Positions 13,439 through 25,465 of a DNA stretch of 64,000 nucleotides are shown here, one piece after another. The translations under genes were made by a program, and so were the position numbers. Below the pieces are notes generated by a model. It searched no databases and was not told where the DNA came from. It was given only the letters and a program-made list of their open reading frames with translations. Numbering within the stretch: position 1 is the stretch's first letter; every line of letters starts with the position of its first letter. The DNA comes from Spirogloea muscicola (taxonomy: Eukaryota), in NCBI GenBank assembly GCA_009602725.1, contig WELB01000016.1:435427-499426 (forward strand), in the 5' to 3' direction.

Positions 13439-14620
13439 GGCCTGTGTGGCCAAGTACAAAGGCAAGCACATTGACAAATGTACATCACCTGCTGCTAAGC
13501 TGACCCGCTCAGTAACCACGAGTCAGCACGTAGAGGTCGCTAACTGATGCCCGACGACCGGATGGCAATCAACAAGCTCTTGAGCTACCAGCTAAGGCTC
13601 GACCAGCTCTCTGATGCAACGCATGAGCCTGAGCTCGCTGCAGACAAGCTGACACTCGATGTCGCAAGAGTGACAAGTAGGCTGTCGGCATGCCCATCTG
13701 AGCTGGAAGCATATCCTCACGTCGAGCATATCCCAGACTTGCAATACTTTCAAGTAGGGTATGGAAGCGAGGACCCATGCAGCCGAAAGTGTCGATTGCG
13801 GCTGGTAAGAGGTGATCACTGCGGGGGTAGTCAGAGTAGTGCAGGAGCTATCTCTGCGCTGCACCTCCCACTGCGTGGCCAGCAATGTGAGTCGATGCGG
13901 AACTCTTGTATGCCTCCGTCACAACTACATCTACCAAGGCTCGTGGGCCTCCGCCAGATCGTACACCCACAATGTCCAGGGTGCAGAAGTGCTAGAGGCC
14001 GAGGGCTGCAAAGGGCCAAGCCGCAAAAGAATGACAAAGTCCAGAAGAGACGGATAGCACATAGCACGTTGGAAGACTGTCAGTGAGCTACTTATCTTAC
14101 TATTGCGAGGACCGGCTATACGGGGCAAGATTCGTGTATTGAGTGATGGAGGACCTGGGTGGGCCAAGTACAAAGCCAAGCATAAGCACAGATGTACGTA
14201 ACCTGCTGCTAAGCCGATCGGCTCAATAACCACGATCAGCAAGTAGAGGCCGTTAGTCTATATAACATTCGGACGGCAGATTCCAATCCCTTCTGCCACC
14301 AACTAAAGCTCGTCCAGCTACCTGGTTCAAAGCATGAGCCTGAGCTCGCTGCAAACAGGCCGACAACCAAATGCGGAAGAACGACAGATACTCTGCCGGC
14401 AAACCCATCTCAGCTGGAAGTACATCCTTACAAGCGCCCGCAAGTTTCTCAGTGAAGCAAGTGGCTACTACAGATGGCCACACAATAAGCTCTGTTTGAT
14501 CAGATGCAGTCGCCCGGTAGTAAGTTGTCATCATGAGCAGATTGCTGGTGGCCCTCCACACCATGGTTTGCACTGCTTGCTCATGTCTCTCTTTAGCATG
14601 ACCAGACAACCCTACTGTTT
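13439..14620 (-). mobile_element. Two tandem decayed RLE-type non-LTR retrotransposon 3' fragments
   Basis: Both encode (V/L)SACLQRAQAHAL..AGRAL.G, resembling the R(L/I)S..LQR.(N/Q)A motif after the restriction-like endonuclease of CRE-type elements. Each is followed by the same ~100-bp 3' UTR. Confidence 0.65.
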
Positions 14621-15954
14621 GCAAATAATCAACCGTCTCTGTCAGTCTACTACACACCCGTACAGTTGCAGCAGCGCTTAGATTTGCACTAAGCGCTGCT
14701 GTGCTAGGCCTGTCAGGATTGCAGGTCTATTTGCAGTGCGGTAAGGCCAGCAGGTAATTTGTGGCGCTTTGACTGTAGGTAGACAATGAGCTCCCCACAA
14801 GGACGAAGATGATCAGGAGTGCCGTGATGCAGATCGACAGCGCCCATTGCGTGCATAGTATATTATACCAGCCATTGGCTGGATGGAAGCTTGACTTTGA
14901 CGACCTGATAGCCCACTTAGTCAGCGGCCAGCTCTGCCTGTTTCATCTCGTGCCGCGTCCTTGTTGCCACCACCTTTACGTGCTCATTATATGCACAAGT
15001 CGATTGGTCTGATGCAGTACGGGGTTTTGGGGTGATCAGACATAAGTTCTCAGCCCTTGCATACTACTGAAGACACCTAGCTCTTGAAAAGGTCGACGAG
15101 AGTTTACTTAAAGAGACATCTTCACGAAGGATCTTCAACTTGCTCTACGCAAGCGGTGATGAGAAGAATCATGAAGGGCCTTCAACCTGCTCTACGCAAG
15201 CGCTGATGACAAACAGACTGCACAGGACGGACATCGTTGCGGCCCAACAATCACTGTGGGGTCATTGATGCGAGCTGCAGCAGGAGCTCAGCAGACTTCC
15301 TTGCTCATGGTCCCCCGTCTCGGCAAGCGATTGCCATGCAAGAGGTATTGATCGAGGAAATGTTAGAAATAAGTAAAGGGCGCTTACGTCAGCACTTGCG
15401 CTCAGATCATTAAAGTTTTCGCTATTTGTCCTCCAAAAGCATTAACACTAAAAAGAAGGCATGAGCAATAGTAAGCCATGGAGTTGAGATTCTTGCTTGC
15501 CAGCTTTGCATCTGATTGCTGCTTGGCATGCACCACCGCTCGTCATGGTCTAGATACTTCTAGTACTGTTGACACGCTTTCAGTAAGTAGTAGTGTTCCG
15601 GGTCATCATGGTGTAACCTCCACATAATTTAGTTGACTTTACAGACAGCTATCAGAAATATTGCATGAGCAATTGTGAGTCATGTAAGTGAGGCTTTTGC
15701 TTGCCGGCTTTGCATCAAACTGCTACTTGGGTTTACAAACTCTCGTCACGAAAGTGGGGTGACGGGAGATGGATAAAGAAAAGTATCTAATAACGAGTTG
15801 TGAGTGTCACACAGTAAGTAAGTTTTACTTATCAACAACTGTCTGGGCTCTGATGGACCATCGATGTCCATGTAAAAAAAGTAAAAGACTGACACTTGAT
15901 ATTGCATCTGATATCTTGATCATACAGTACAGAAGCTAACACTGGAACAGAGAG

Positions 15955-16573
15955 AAGGCGCGCGGTGCGCATGAAATTGAAAGGGAGGCCAATTCTAGCC
16001 TTACAAATGTCCTGTTAACTGGGTAATGAGCTGGCTAAGGGGGACACTTATATCCCCGAGTGAGCACATGCATATCTGACAAGCTATACTGAGGCGCCAA
16101 ACCACCACCACGGAAGCCATTAGCCTGAGCTAATGCACGACCAGCACGCTGGTGTATCGCGAGTGCCTAGGAGCGCTGGAGAGTCAAATATAGCCGCATT
16201 CTATAGCATGCAACGATGGCTTGCGGGACGCTTGAATGCCCTAAGCTACCCGCCCGACCACGTCGGCGGGCATCGACATGCAGTGTCAGGCGATGGAGGA
16301 GGGAAGACCACTTCGTTCCGTAGCCGCCGTATATGTCCATGGCGCATGGGAAGAAGTGGTCGCCCGGGGGGTGGTCATTATAGTGCCTCTCCTTCTTCCT
16401 CTCCGCATGATGTGTCGCCCAACCTGGCACAGCCGGTGTGGGTGCCCCTGGTTGGACTGCGTCAATGGGAACGACATCGAGGAGAAGACGAGGACCACCA
16501 CTCCAGGGGGTTCAGTCCTTAGCACTCCAGCTCCTGCAGACCTTGTCCATTCCTTTGGGCTGGCCTCTCCCAG
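15955..16573 (+). mobile_element. Putative non-autonomous element: ~160-bp head, middle, CRE-like 3' tail
   Basis: 15955-16116 matches the reverse complements of 34877-35039 and 63011-63141. 16514-16573 matches the reverse complement of 58261-58320. Confidence 0.6.
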
Positions 16574-18218
16574 GGGGATAGTTTACCGGCAGCTAGTCTG
16601 TCGGATGTGAGGCTCCTCACTCATAACTACTAAGTGGTCCATCCTCCCCCGTTCTGCCATAGCCTCTTCAGGCCCCGCAGTCGCTGCTTAGCTCGTTGTT
16701 TGGCCCCTTCGAACCTTGTCAATTCTTTTCGGGCTGGCTTCTCACAGCCCTTGCCCCCATTGGGAGAGCCACTTGTTCTTCTCTCCCAGCCACCAGTTAA
16801 TCTGGCCGCGCTTGCTTCCGGGGGGGTGGCCACCACGTACAGACGCCTGACGTAAGGCCTGCCACGCTTCTGGAGGACTTCCCGGGGAGTCTCATTCGGC
16901 TCAGGAAAGTCGACGCTCCTGGACCCCGAGCCGCGGGCCAACGGGGCGCCAGGCTCTCCCGGGTCGTCGGAGAGGGGGGTGGGTACCCAAGCTGTGCCGA
17001 AGAATGGCTTGGGGCATCTCTGCTCCCCACGTGTCGCGCGCTTTGACCAAGGACGGGGCCCCACGTGCGGCTCGTGGGCGGCAGGTGCTCCGGCGGCGGC
17101 GGCGGCGGCGGCGCGGGCGGGAAGGATTCCAAGATCTTTGACCGGCCGCTGCCTTGACCGGCCGAGTGAGGAGGGGGGCCGGCTGGGCCTCCCGGTCCGG
17201 CCCTTAACCTCCCGTCAAGGGAGCGAGCCCGCCGACCAGCCGGCCCGGGCCTGTTATTTAGCTGTCGGGGCGGGAGGGGGTGAGTTAGCGCAAGGGCGCA
17301 AACGGTTGGCGGAGGCGGCAAGGCCGGGCCTTGGGCCCACCAACCGCAGGGGCTCCCTGGCGGGGCCCCTGGGGCGGGCACCTGGGCGCGGCACGCAACA
17401 GAGAGGTGGGGGGCGCTGCTGGGGCGGGTCTCGGCTGCTGTGGCTCCCCCGGAGGAGGGAGGCAGGGAGGGAGGGAGGGAGGAAGGGAGGAAGGAGGCGC
17501 TGAAGGCCAGAGAGGCGCGCGGCAGAGGCAGGTCGAGGTCGAGGGGTCGACGCGGGAGAGAGCGCAGAGCTCGAGAGGGGGGGAGGAGAGAGGGATGGAG
17601 CGAGCTAGCGTGTGAGGAGGCGGAGACGAAAGGAAGAGGGAGGGGAGGAGGTGGGTGGGGTGGAGACGGAGAGGTAGAGCACCGGAGGGACGAGCACTGA
17701 CTTGACACTGCCGAGTGGGGGACAGGGTGGTGACGAGGGGCCCTTTGAGCTGCCGGCCCGCTGCGGCGCCACCGATGCCGTCCACTCCACGACGCCAGGC
17801 TACGGTGCCGGCGTAGAAGCGTGAAGCGCGAGCAAGGCCTTAGTGAAGGCGGGGGGTGCTTTGAGCCGCTTGTCTGGCCAGGTTGGCCCGGTGTTGGAGC
17901 TTGGACCGCCAGGGGAGGTGGCAAGATCACCAGGGGCTTCTGCAAGCAGTGAGGACACGGAGACAGTAGGGGATCGAGGGAGCAGGAAGGGAGAGAGGGT
18001 GGAGGGAGGGAGGGAGGGAGGGNAGCAGCCAGGCATTGCCGTTGACTGCTGAGCACGGGCCAAGCCAGCAGCTGCCTGAGATCCTGCCAGCGCAGCAGGT
18101 GGGACTGCCCAAGAGCAGTGGGCGGTCACTAGGCGCAGCGCCAGTTTGGCACCAGTTGGCGAGTTGCAGCACCCAATACTTGCCAGATGCAGCGGCACAG
18201 CAGGCAAGGCCTCGCTGC

Positions 18219-20119
18219 TCAAAGTGCATTGTGCCAGAGCCAGTCCATGAGCACAGGCAGTTCATCTACGGCCTCGACCAGCTGGCGCTCGTGCGCACGC
18301 TCCTCCTCCGCGGCCGCTGCCGCCGCCGCCACAGCAGCCGCCACAGAGCCCAGTGGTGGGGCCTGCGTTAACCGCTGGCCTGGTGGACCCTCTTTGGCCA
18401 GCTGCCAAAATCCACAGCCACTGTCAGATCACATGCCGTTTCACTTAAGCCCTCAACACACATAACCAAGTCAATGGCCTATTTACTGTCAATCTTGAGG
18501 CTGGAGGCTGCCAAGTCACCTGGAAGATGCTGGCCCAGCTGCGTGCGGCAACCTCGGCCTCAAAAGTGAGCCGCCCAGTGCCTGCGCGCAACTCTGCGCC
18601 GCTCACTTCCTGCAGCTGCCACGTGCGTGCAGCGCCGACAATACGGCACCCCTGGTGCCGCCGCACCCCGCGCACTGTAAAGGGCCCCCTTCCGACGGTG
18701 GCGCCGTCGCCCGCGCTGGTGCCCGCGCCACCATAGTCCACGCCAAAGTCGCTTGGCCACGCCAGGCCGCCCAGCGCGCTGGCATCAGGCACCGCGCCCG
18801 CCACTATCGCTTCCATCGCCGCCCTCTCATCATCCTGCCACCGACCCAACCGAAACAGTAACGTCGCACTGAGCTCATGATGTTGGCAGCAAGAGAGCTG
18901 CTGGCAAAGAAGACCCCCAGCTCGTCCCAAAGGCGCCTAGATGGACTTTACAGCTGCTGGCTCATCGGCAAAAGTGCGCTGGCTCCCATTGCAAGGGCTT
19001 TGGCACACCTTTGTGAGCTACTTTGAAGTTAATGAAATCCATGGAGAATAAGGACCTAGTGTTAGAAGGTCATAATCCTGCAACTAAGGCTGGGACACGG
19101 GAATGCACCACGATGTTGTCGAGCACAAGCTCAGTGCGGAGGCTCAGCCGCAGGTCGCTGTGGCGACCGACGCACGCCACGTCCACCACCATGTGTCGCA
19201 GCGGCTCCACTTTGACCTGCCGGCCCCCACCCCAACCGCTCGCACTTTACTCTCAATGGTGCTGTCATCAACAGAGGGCCCTTGCCTTGGTGATCCAATG
19301 CAGCTGGCCTTAAGTGCAATGCCAGCCTGGCTACGCAGCGCCGAGGAGGGCTGCAGGGAAAGGCAAGGTTGCCGATGGCAGTGGCAATGATACCTGCTGG
19401 AGGGTTAGGCGTGGCGTTCCACTGCTGCCGCTAAGGGAGGCGCCGCTGCCACCGTCGTCGAGGCCGCAGACAAGCTTCAGCAGGCAGCGGTCGGGCCGCG
19501 TGGCATCCTCCAACTGCAGCAACAGCAATGCTTATGCTTAAGACTAACATTCACAGAGAAGGAGATCAGCACAACCACATGAGCCCATTACGATGACAAG
19601 TCAAGAGACGGCAGGTGCTTGCCTGGATGACATAGCGGTCCTCGCGCTCGACAACAGCGCCCGCTTCAGAAAGCGCGAGCGTGCGGAGGCGAGCAAAGAA
19701 GTCGGCGGGCAGGCTGGTCTCGAGTGTGGGGAAGAGGGGCTGCTGGCTGCCTCCGCCGTGACCACGGCCGCTGTTGCGGCCGCCGCTGCCGCCCGCACGC
19801 AACTCCTGCTCCAGTCGATACGCTGGGAAAGGCCCCATCGCCTGCAGCCGCTCCCTGCATTCGGAGCCGACGCGGCCAAAGCGGCACCCTGAGGTCACAC
19901 CGCAGCTCACAGCAAAGATGGGTCGCGACGGCAGAGGCGTAGAGTGCGAAGGTGGACCAGCAGCGCGGCGGCCGGGCCCACGCAGCGGCGGCGGCCTCAC
20001 CGGTAATCCTCGGAGGTGTAGAAGAGGAGACGGCCGAAGCGCACGAGCAGCGTGGTCTGGACGGCCTCGTTGGGACGGCGGCCGGCGGCTGCCGCCAGGT
20101 ACGCGCGCACGTTGTCCAG
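18219..20119 (-). CDS. Uncharacterised conserved plant protein (5' end missing)
   Basis: Six spliceable exons: LDNVRAY...TTLLVRFGRLLFY; ...LETSLPADFF...RYVIQ; LEDATRPD; VKVEPLRHMVVDVACVGRHSDLRLSL; DDERAAMEAIVAGAVPDASALGGLAWP; ...LPVLMDWLWHNAL*. Recalled as similar to a land-plant family with VRHMVVDISC...DLRLML and GGLRWP motifs. Confidence 0.75.
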
Positions 20120-22713
20120 CCACCGCCACCGCCACCGCCCAGGCCGCCGCCGCCTCCACCACCGCCACCGCGACCGCCGCCGCCGCCGCCACCGCCGTCA
20201 CCGCCACCGACACCACCTCCTCCGCCGCCTCCTCGACCACCATCATTTCCTCCTCCGCCGCCGCCAAAGCCCCCTCCACCACCATCGCCACCGCCGCCTC
20301 CGCCTCCTCCTCCACCACTGCCACCACCATTCGTCCTGCCACCGCCACCGCCGCCGCCTCCACCTCCTCCTCCATCCCCCCCTCCTCCTCCCTTCCCCCC
20401 ACCCCCACCTTACAATATTCCGCCGCCACCGTCGCCGCCCCCACCTCCCCCCTCGCCTGCACCGCCACTGGCCCCACCCCCACCGCCTGCCCCGCCGACC
20501 ACTGCGAGCATCTTCGACTCAGGGGGGCCTCTCACCCAGATCACGCCTGCGTACAGCGCAAGCCACTGTCAGATCATCGGCAACAATGTGACAATCACAT
20601 ATGACATTCAGGGCGGTAAGATTCGCTTGTTGATTACCTAAGTTGGCCCCAGAGTAACAGACTTGCTGCTGTCCTTCTCTGTACCTAGTCACTTGTTCGC
20701 TTGCTTGTCAGATTCTGTTTTGGCCCAAGGTTAACAAGGGACAACCTTTTGCTGAGGTCTATCACCTGAGCCTTTGCAATTCATTGGACTAGCAGGCTCA
20801 AGGTGGATGTCATCAAGTTTATACACCTCTGGTGTATTTCAGACAGTCTTGCAGTGTGCAGCAGGAGATACGACCGGCCTTGACACGACATTTTATGTAA
20901 GTACCGAGCTTCATTGTTGCAGAGCTTAGACTCTCCTGATTCAAGAAGGCCGGACTGCTCTCCAAATGTAGATCAGCCTGCATCTAATCAGTGTACGTTT
21001 GTTTGTTACTTGCAGCTCGATTCAAATGGTGGCCCTACCGCAGACCACGACGGGATCAACTTTGACTTCCTCGGCAACTCCAAAACTTCGGTGCTCACGT
21101 CGTGGTACTCCAATGGCGTTGGCTCGCTGCTCAGTGTGCAGCTGCCATTCGACTGCAGCACCGCTCCCCACTTGTACACAATCTACTGGGACACCACCCG
21201 CATAGCGTGAGTTTGCTGGCGTGGCCCCTCTGACATTCACAGTGACTGTGACTTTGTCCTTGTCCGAGTGGAGCTTCATCTCCCAAGCCGACAAGCTCCC
21301 ACCAACCTTTGAGACATGCACTTGCGCGCTTGCAGTTGGTACATAGATGAGGTCCTTGTCCGCAACGTCCCAAACCCAGGGACGGGCATGTTTCCAAGCA
21401 AGCCCATGTACCTATTCGGCTCTATCTGGGATGCCTCCACGTCCACCCTCCCAGCTGGCATTTACACTGGTCAGACACTGCCACCTACTTTCACGACTCC
21501 TCCAAGCCCCCTATTTGTACATCACCTCTGCATCAACTCTGTCATGGCAGCAGCCTCCTGCCTCATCCTGCTGTTTTTTCTGGGTATTCGCCAGCAGTGA
21601 TAAATGAGGACAGGTTTCACTGACTATGACACACTTCTCTCAGGTATTGGAAACCCCTTCGCGGCCACATACACGTTCCTGGCTGTGCAGACACCAGTGG
21701 GCCCTGGCACAGTGCCGAGCCCGCCGCCCCCTCCACTTCCTCCAGTGCCGGACATCCCCTCTGAGCCCCTGCAGGGCATTCCCCTAGTTCCCCTTACTAC
21801 GGACTACTGTGCTGACCACGCTAGCATTGTCGACAACAATGTAGTCATCACCTTCGACCACAGTTGTGGTAAGCTCGTCACCTGCGCTGACTTTACAAGG
21901 TGCTACGTCTTTCAGGGCACTTCTGCAGGTGCTTATGAGCCTCTTTTGCGTCGCAGGCTCCCGATTCCGCTCCACTGTCCAGTACCCCAGCGGCGCATTC
22001 CGTGCAAATATAAAGTGCCCCGATGGTGACTTTAGCGGCCTCGTTCCCAGCTTCTACGTAAGCTCTTCTTGCTAAAATTTCTTTGTCACAAACCCCCGGA
22101 TCCTCTGCTTGGCCACTGCACCAGCTAGCTTTTGTTATATCAAATGATTCATGGGTTCTTCAGAATATACTGAGCTTCTGCCCTCGCCGTGCTTGGCCAG
22201 CTATCATCCCTCGAAGGCTCTGGCAATCAGGACGAGATCGACTTTGAATGGCTTGGCAAGGACAAGACTGTTGTACAGACCAATTATTACGTCAACGGCG
22301 TCGGGGGCCGGGAGGTTCTTATCCACCTCGGATTTGACTGCTCCGCGGCCTTCCATGAATATACTATTCTATGGGACACATATCGCATTGTGTAAGTTTC
22401 TTCCAACTCTTGTACTTTCACCTCTCTCCAGAATTAGTGCCTCAATACTTGGCCTCTGCAGATAGCATCACCTGACAGGAAGTGCATAATGTGCTGCTCG
22501 CAAAACAGATGGTACATCGACGGCGTCATTGTGCGCGTGGCCCCAAATATAGTTGGCCAGCCTTTTCCGGTTAAGCCGTCCTTCCTGTATGCCTCCGTCT
22601 GGGATGCCTCTAGCATCTGCGGTGGCTGCTGGGCCGGCATCAACACCTGGTCATTGCCGGCGTACTACATGCAGTACCAAAACATCACAATCCAGAGTCC
22701 CGTTGCACTCTGA
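20120..22713 (+). CDS. Poly-proline (extensin-like) region plus two GH16 EG16/XTH-like domains
   Basis: About 130 codons of poly-Pro/SPPPP. Domain 1 motif HDGINFDFLG (21046-21075). Domain 2 LSSLEGSGNQDEIDFEWLGKDKTVVQTNYY (22201-22290). No XTH C-terminal extension. TGA at 22711-22713. Start codon not identified. Confidence 0.85.
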
Positions 22714-25098
22714 TGGCTGCTCAAGTCACCAAGTCCTTGCACAAGGTGCAGCGGGTTGCCTTTCTTCATTGATCTTATGAGTCCTCAAAGCTGGGCCTTG
22801 CTAGAGCCTGTGACTGGCCAACTTGTCACTTGCTCTACCTTGCCCCAGCATGCGTTGCTTCATTTATGGACTTGAGGCTGGGCCTGTGCGCGCGCGCAGC
22901 AACAAGCACACAGCCTAGATAACTTACAGTGCTCTCTTGTAAAAGTAGACGTTGGTACCTGCCAACGGAACGTGTTTGTCACCCTCTGCCAATGAGACGG
23001 CTGCTATCTGGTGCAGACAGTCAGCACGACTGCTGCAGGCCACCATTTGCTGTGCTGGAGAGGGTCTGCTGAGATCTAGTTCCCTGGCCTGTAGAAGGCT
23101 CACGCAAGTGGGCTCGGGCAAGATATGTTATTGACCTTGTCTCATAGCATGCATTATGTAGCAGATGGAGCTTGCACATAGAGCTGCTCTGATCAGCTAC
23201 CTGTGTATGCCATCACCGAGACACTTTATCCACTATTATTTCCTTACTGATTTACTTTTGGGATGAGAGAGCATTGCGAGGTGGGCATATACATGTTCAA
23301 TCTCAATCATTCAAGATCTGCGCATGTGGGCTGCTATTTGTACACCCTCTAGGAGACCAATCCTACTGTGCACTGTGGACATTTACGGGCGGCTGCGGTA
23401 AGACATGGTCCTCTCTCCTCCAACAGCTGGTTGACGCGCATCGTCACAGTTGGCGGGCCCGGCTTGCAACACACTAGCTACCCACAGGTGTTAGTTGCAT
23501 GTCACAGAATGCAGTTTAATTAGTGGGCTGGGTCGTGCTCTATGGTAGGCCACTGGCTTACGTGGGGGTAGTGCACTCCCCAAGTTAGCCTGTCGCGCTT
23601 GTATGTGGTCACTTGTGGGTTACTAAGTCCTCCTTAAGCCGGCTTTAGCACATTCGTCTTAGTCCCCTGAGCATTGGGCTTCCCCTTTGTGTAACCCCCA
23701 TTCCTGCACTAGCATTTGCCTGAGCAGTAAATTGGCTTCAGCTGGCCTCTCTTTCAGTTCATGCGCATCATGCGCCTTCTCTCGTGTGCATGAATGCGGA
23801 CTACATAAGAAGAGCCCTTAATTTACTCGCAGGATTGGTGAACAAGGAGACCTGTCTAATATCCTAACTTGCCCACTAGCGAGGCCGCAATAAGTATAGC
23901 AATGTGCTACTTTTTCCCGCGACCCATGACGGGCTCATAGGCCGTGTAGGGGGTGGGCTTGGCCATCTCCATGCCAGTAAACGCAAAGATGAAGAGCGCC
24001 GTGTATCCCAGTAAGTACAGAGGCTGGCATCAGTGCAACAAATCAAATCAGACAGATACATCTTGCAAGCAGGTCCACGAAGGCCAGCACTGAGGGGTCC
24101 CAAGGCCTGACGAAGTGCATGTCCAGATTGCAGTCATGGGAAAAAGCAACAGCGCCCTTGAGGAACGTGGAGAGGAGGTTAGCAGGGAGGGCTACCTCAA
24201 TGCCGAAGGCAAAGCCTGTGAAGAGACCAGGGAGGAAGAGCCACGATATGGCTCCTGCAAATGGGAGGAGTAGCGGCCATCAGTAAGTTCCGGTGCTCGA
24301 TACAAGGTCCTCAGACAAGGTGCATTGCTAAGTCCTGACCCCTCATGTCGTCAATGCTCCTCCACCTCAGCAAACACTGAACAGTGAGGTAAGAGTTCCG
24401 CAGCTTGGCCAAACACAGCAGGTGCGCGCATGGGGTGTGGCTACCTTGAGCTCCTCTTGGGCCGCCGGCCTCCTTCAGCGAGGCCTGGAGGTTCTCCCAG
24501 AATGTCCCTGAAAGCCCGCTCAGCAGGCGAGGTGAGGAAGATGGGGATTTTTGCAGCACCAAGCTGTCAACGTGAAGCAGCCATGACAGCCATTGCCGCA
24601 TGTTCGTGCAGTGGGCAGCAGAGAGCCCCACCGTCGTCGCCCTCGTGCCAGCTGTGGGCGCCGTCGCCCTTGCCATAGGGGAAGGTGCCGTCCTGCGACG
24701 GCAGGAGCGGAGTCAGACGTACATTAGTGTCGGCCTCAGGAGCCGTTGCACAACAAGAGACAGAGGCCACAATCGTCTACTGCCAGCGCGCACGGCCATG
24801 AGCGCAGCTCTGGTGTGGTCGCCCCAGCAGCTCGCAGCCAAGTGGATCTTCAGAGCACGAAACGGGGTAGGCCTAGAAGGGTCTCGTGATGCAGCCATCT
24901 CAGGGCTTGGGGTTTAGGCAAGCCCTGCTGCCGCGGCCAGCGGCAGCAGGCGCCGGGGCCCCCAGCAGAAGCCCCGTACCTTTTCAAGGTCCTCGCCGAC
25001 CGTCGCCCAGACGTCGCGAGGGTCCTCCTCCAGGTCCGGCTCCACTCCCGCCACGCCGTGGCCCGCTCGCGCAGCCTCTCCGCGGCGCCTTGGCAGCG

Positions 25099-25434
25099 AT
25101 GGCCGCCGCAGAGGCGTCGCAGGCCCTTGTGCCGGCCCGGCCGGCAGGCCGCAGCGTGCGGTGGGGCCCGGCCTGGCCGCCGNNNNNNNNNNNNNNNNNN
25201 NNNNNNNNNNNNNNNNNNNNNNNNNNNNNNNNNNNNNNNNNNNNNGCGGCTCCTGCGCGGCGCTGCAGGTGAAGCTGGGCAAGTACCTGTTCAGCCCGGG
25301 GGTGCCGCACGGCCACCACCCGCCGTCGCCGGAGTCGGGCGTGCAGCCGGGGCACCACGTCCAGTGGGCTCGCCACCGCCGCGGCAAGAGGAAGCCCGCC
25401 GCTACCGCCACCACAGCTCCGCCCGCCTCGCCGC

Positions 25435-25465
<31 letters not shown>

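Noticed and set aside
16700..16775. tRNA or tRNA-SINE (antisense GGTTCGA B-box-like, CTGTGAA loop)
   Set aside because: T-arm and anticodon stems do not pair, and most copies lack GTTCGA.
16797..18056. 419-aa Pro/Ser-rich ORF
   Set aside because: Low-complexity GGA/CCT-rich sequence spanning an n, with no domain.
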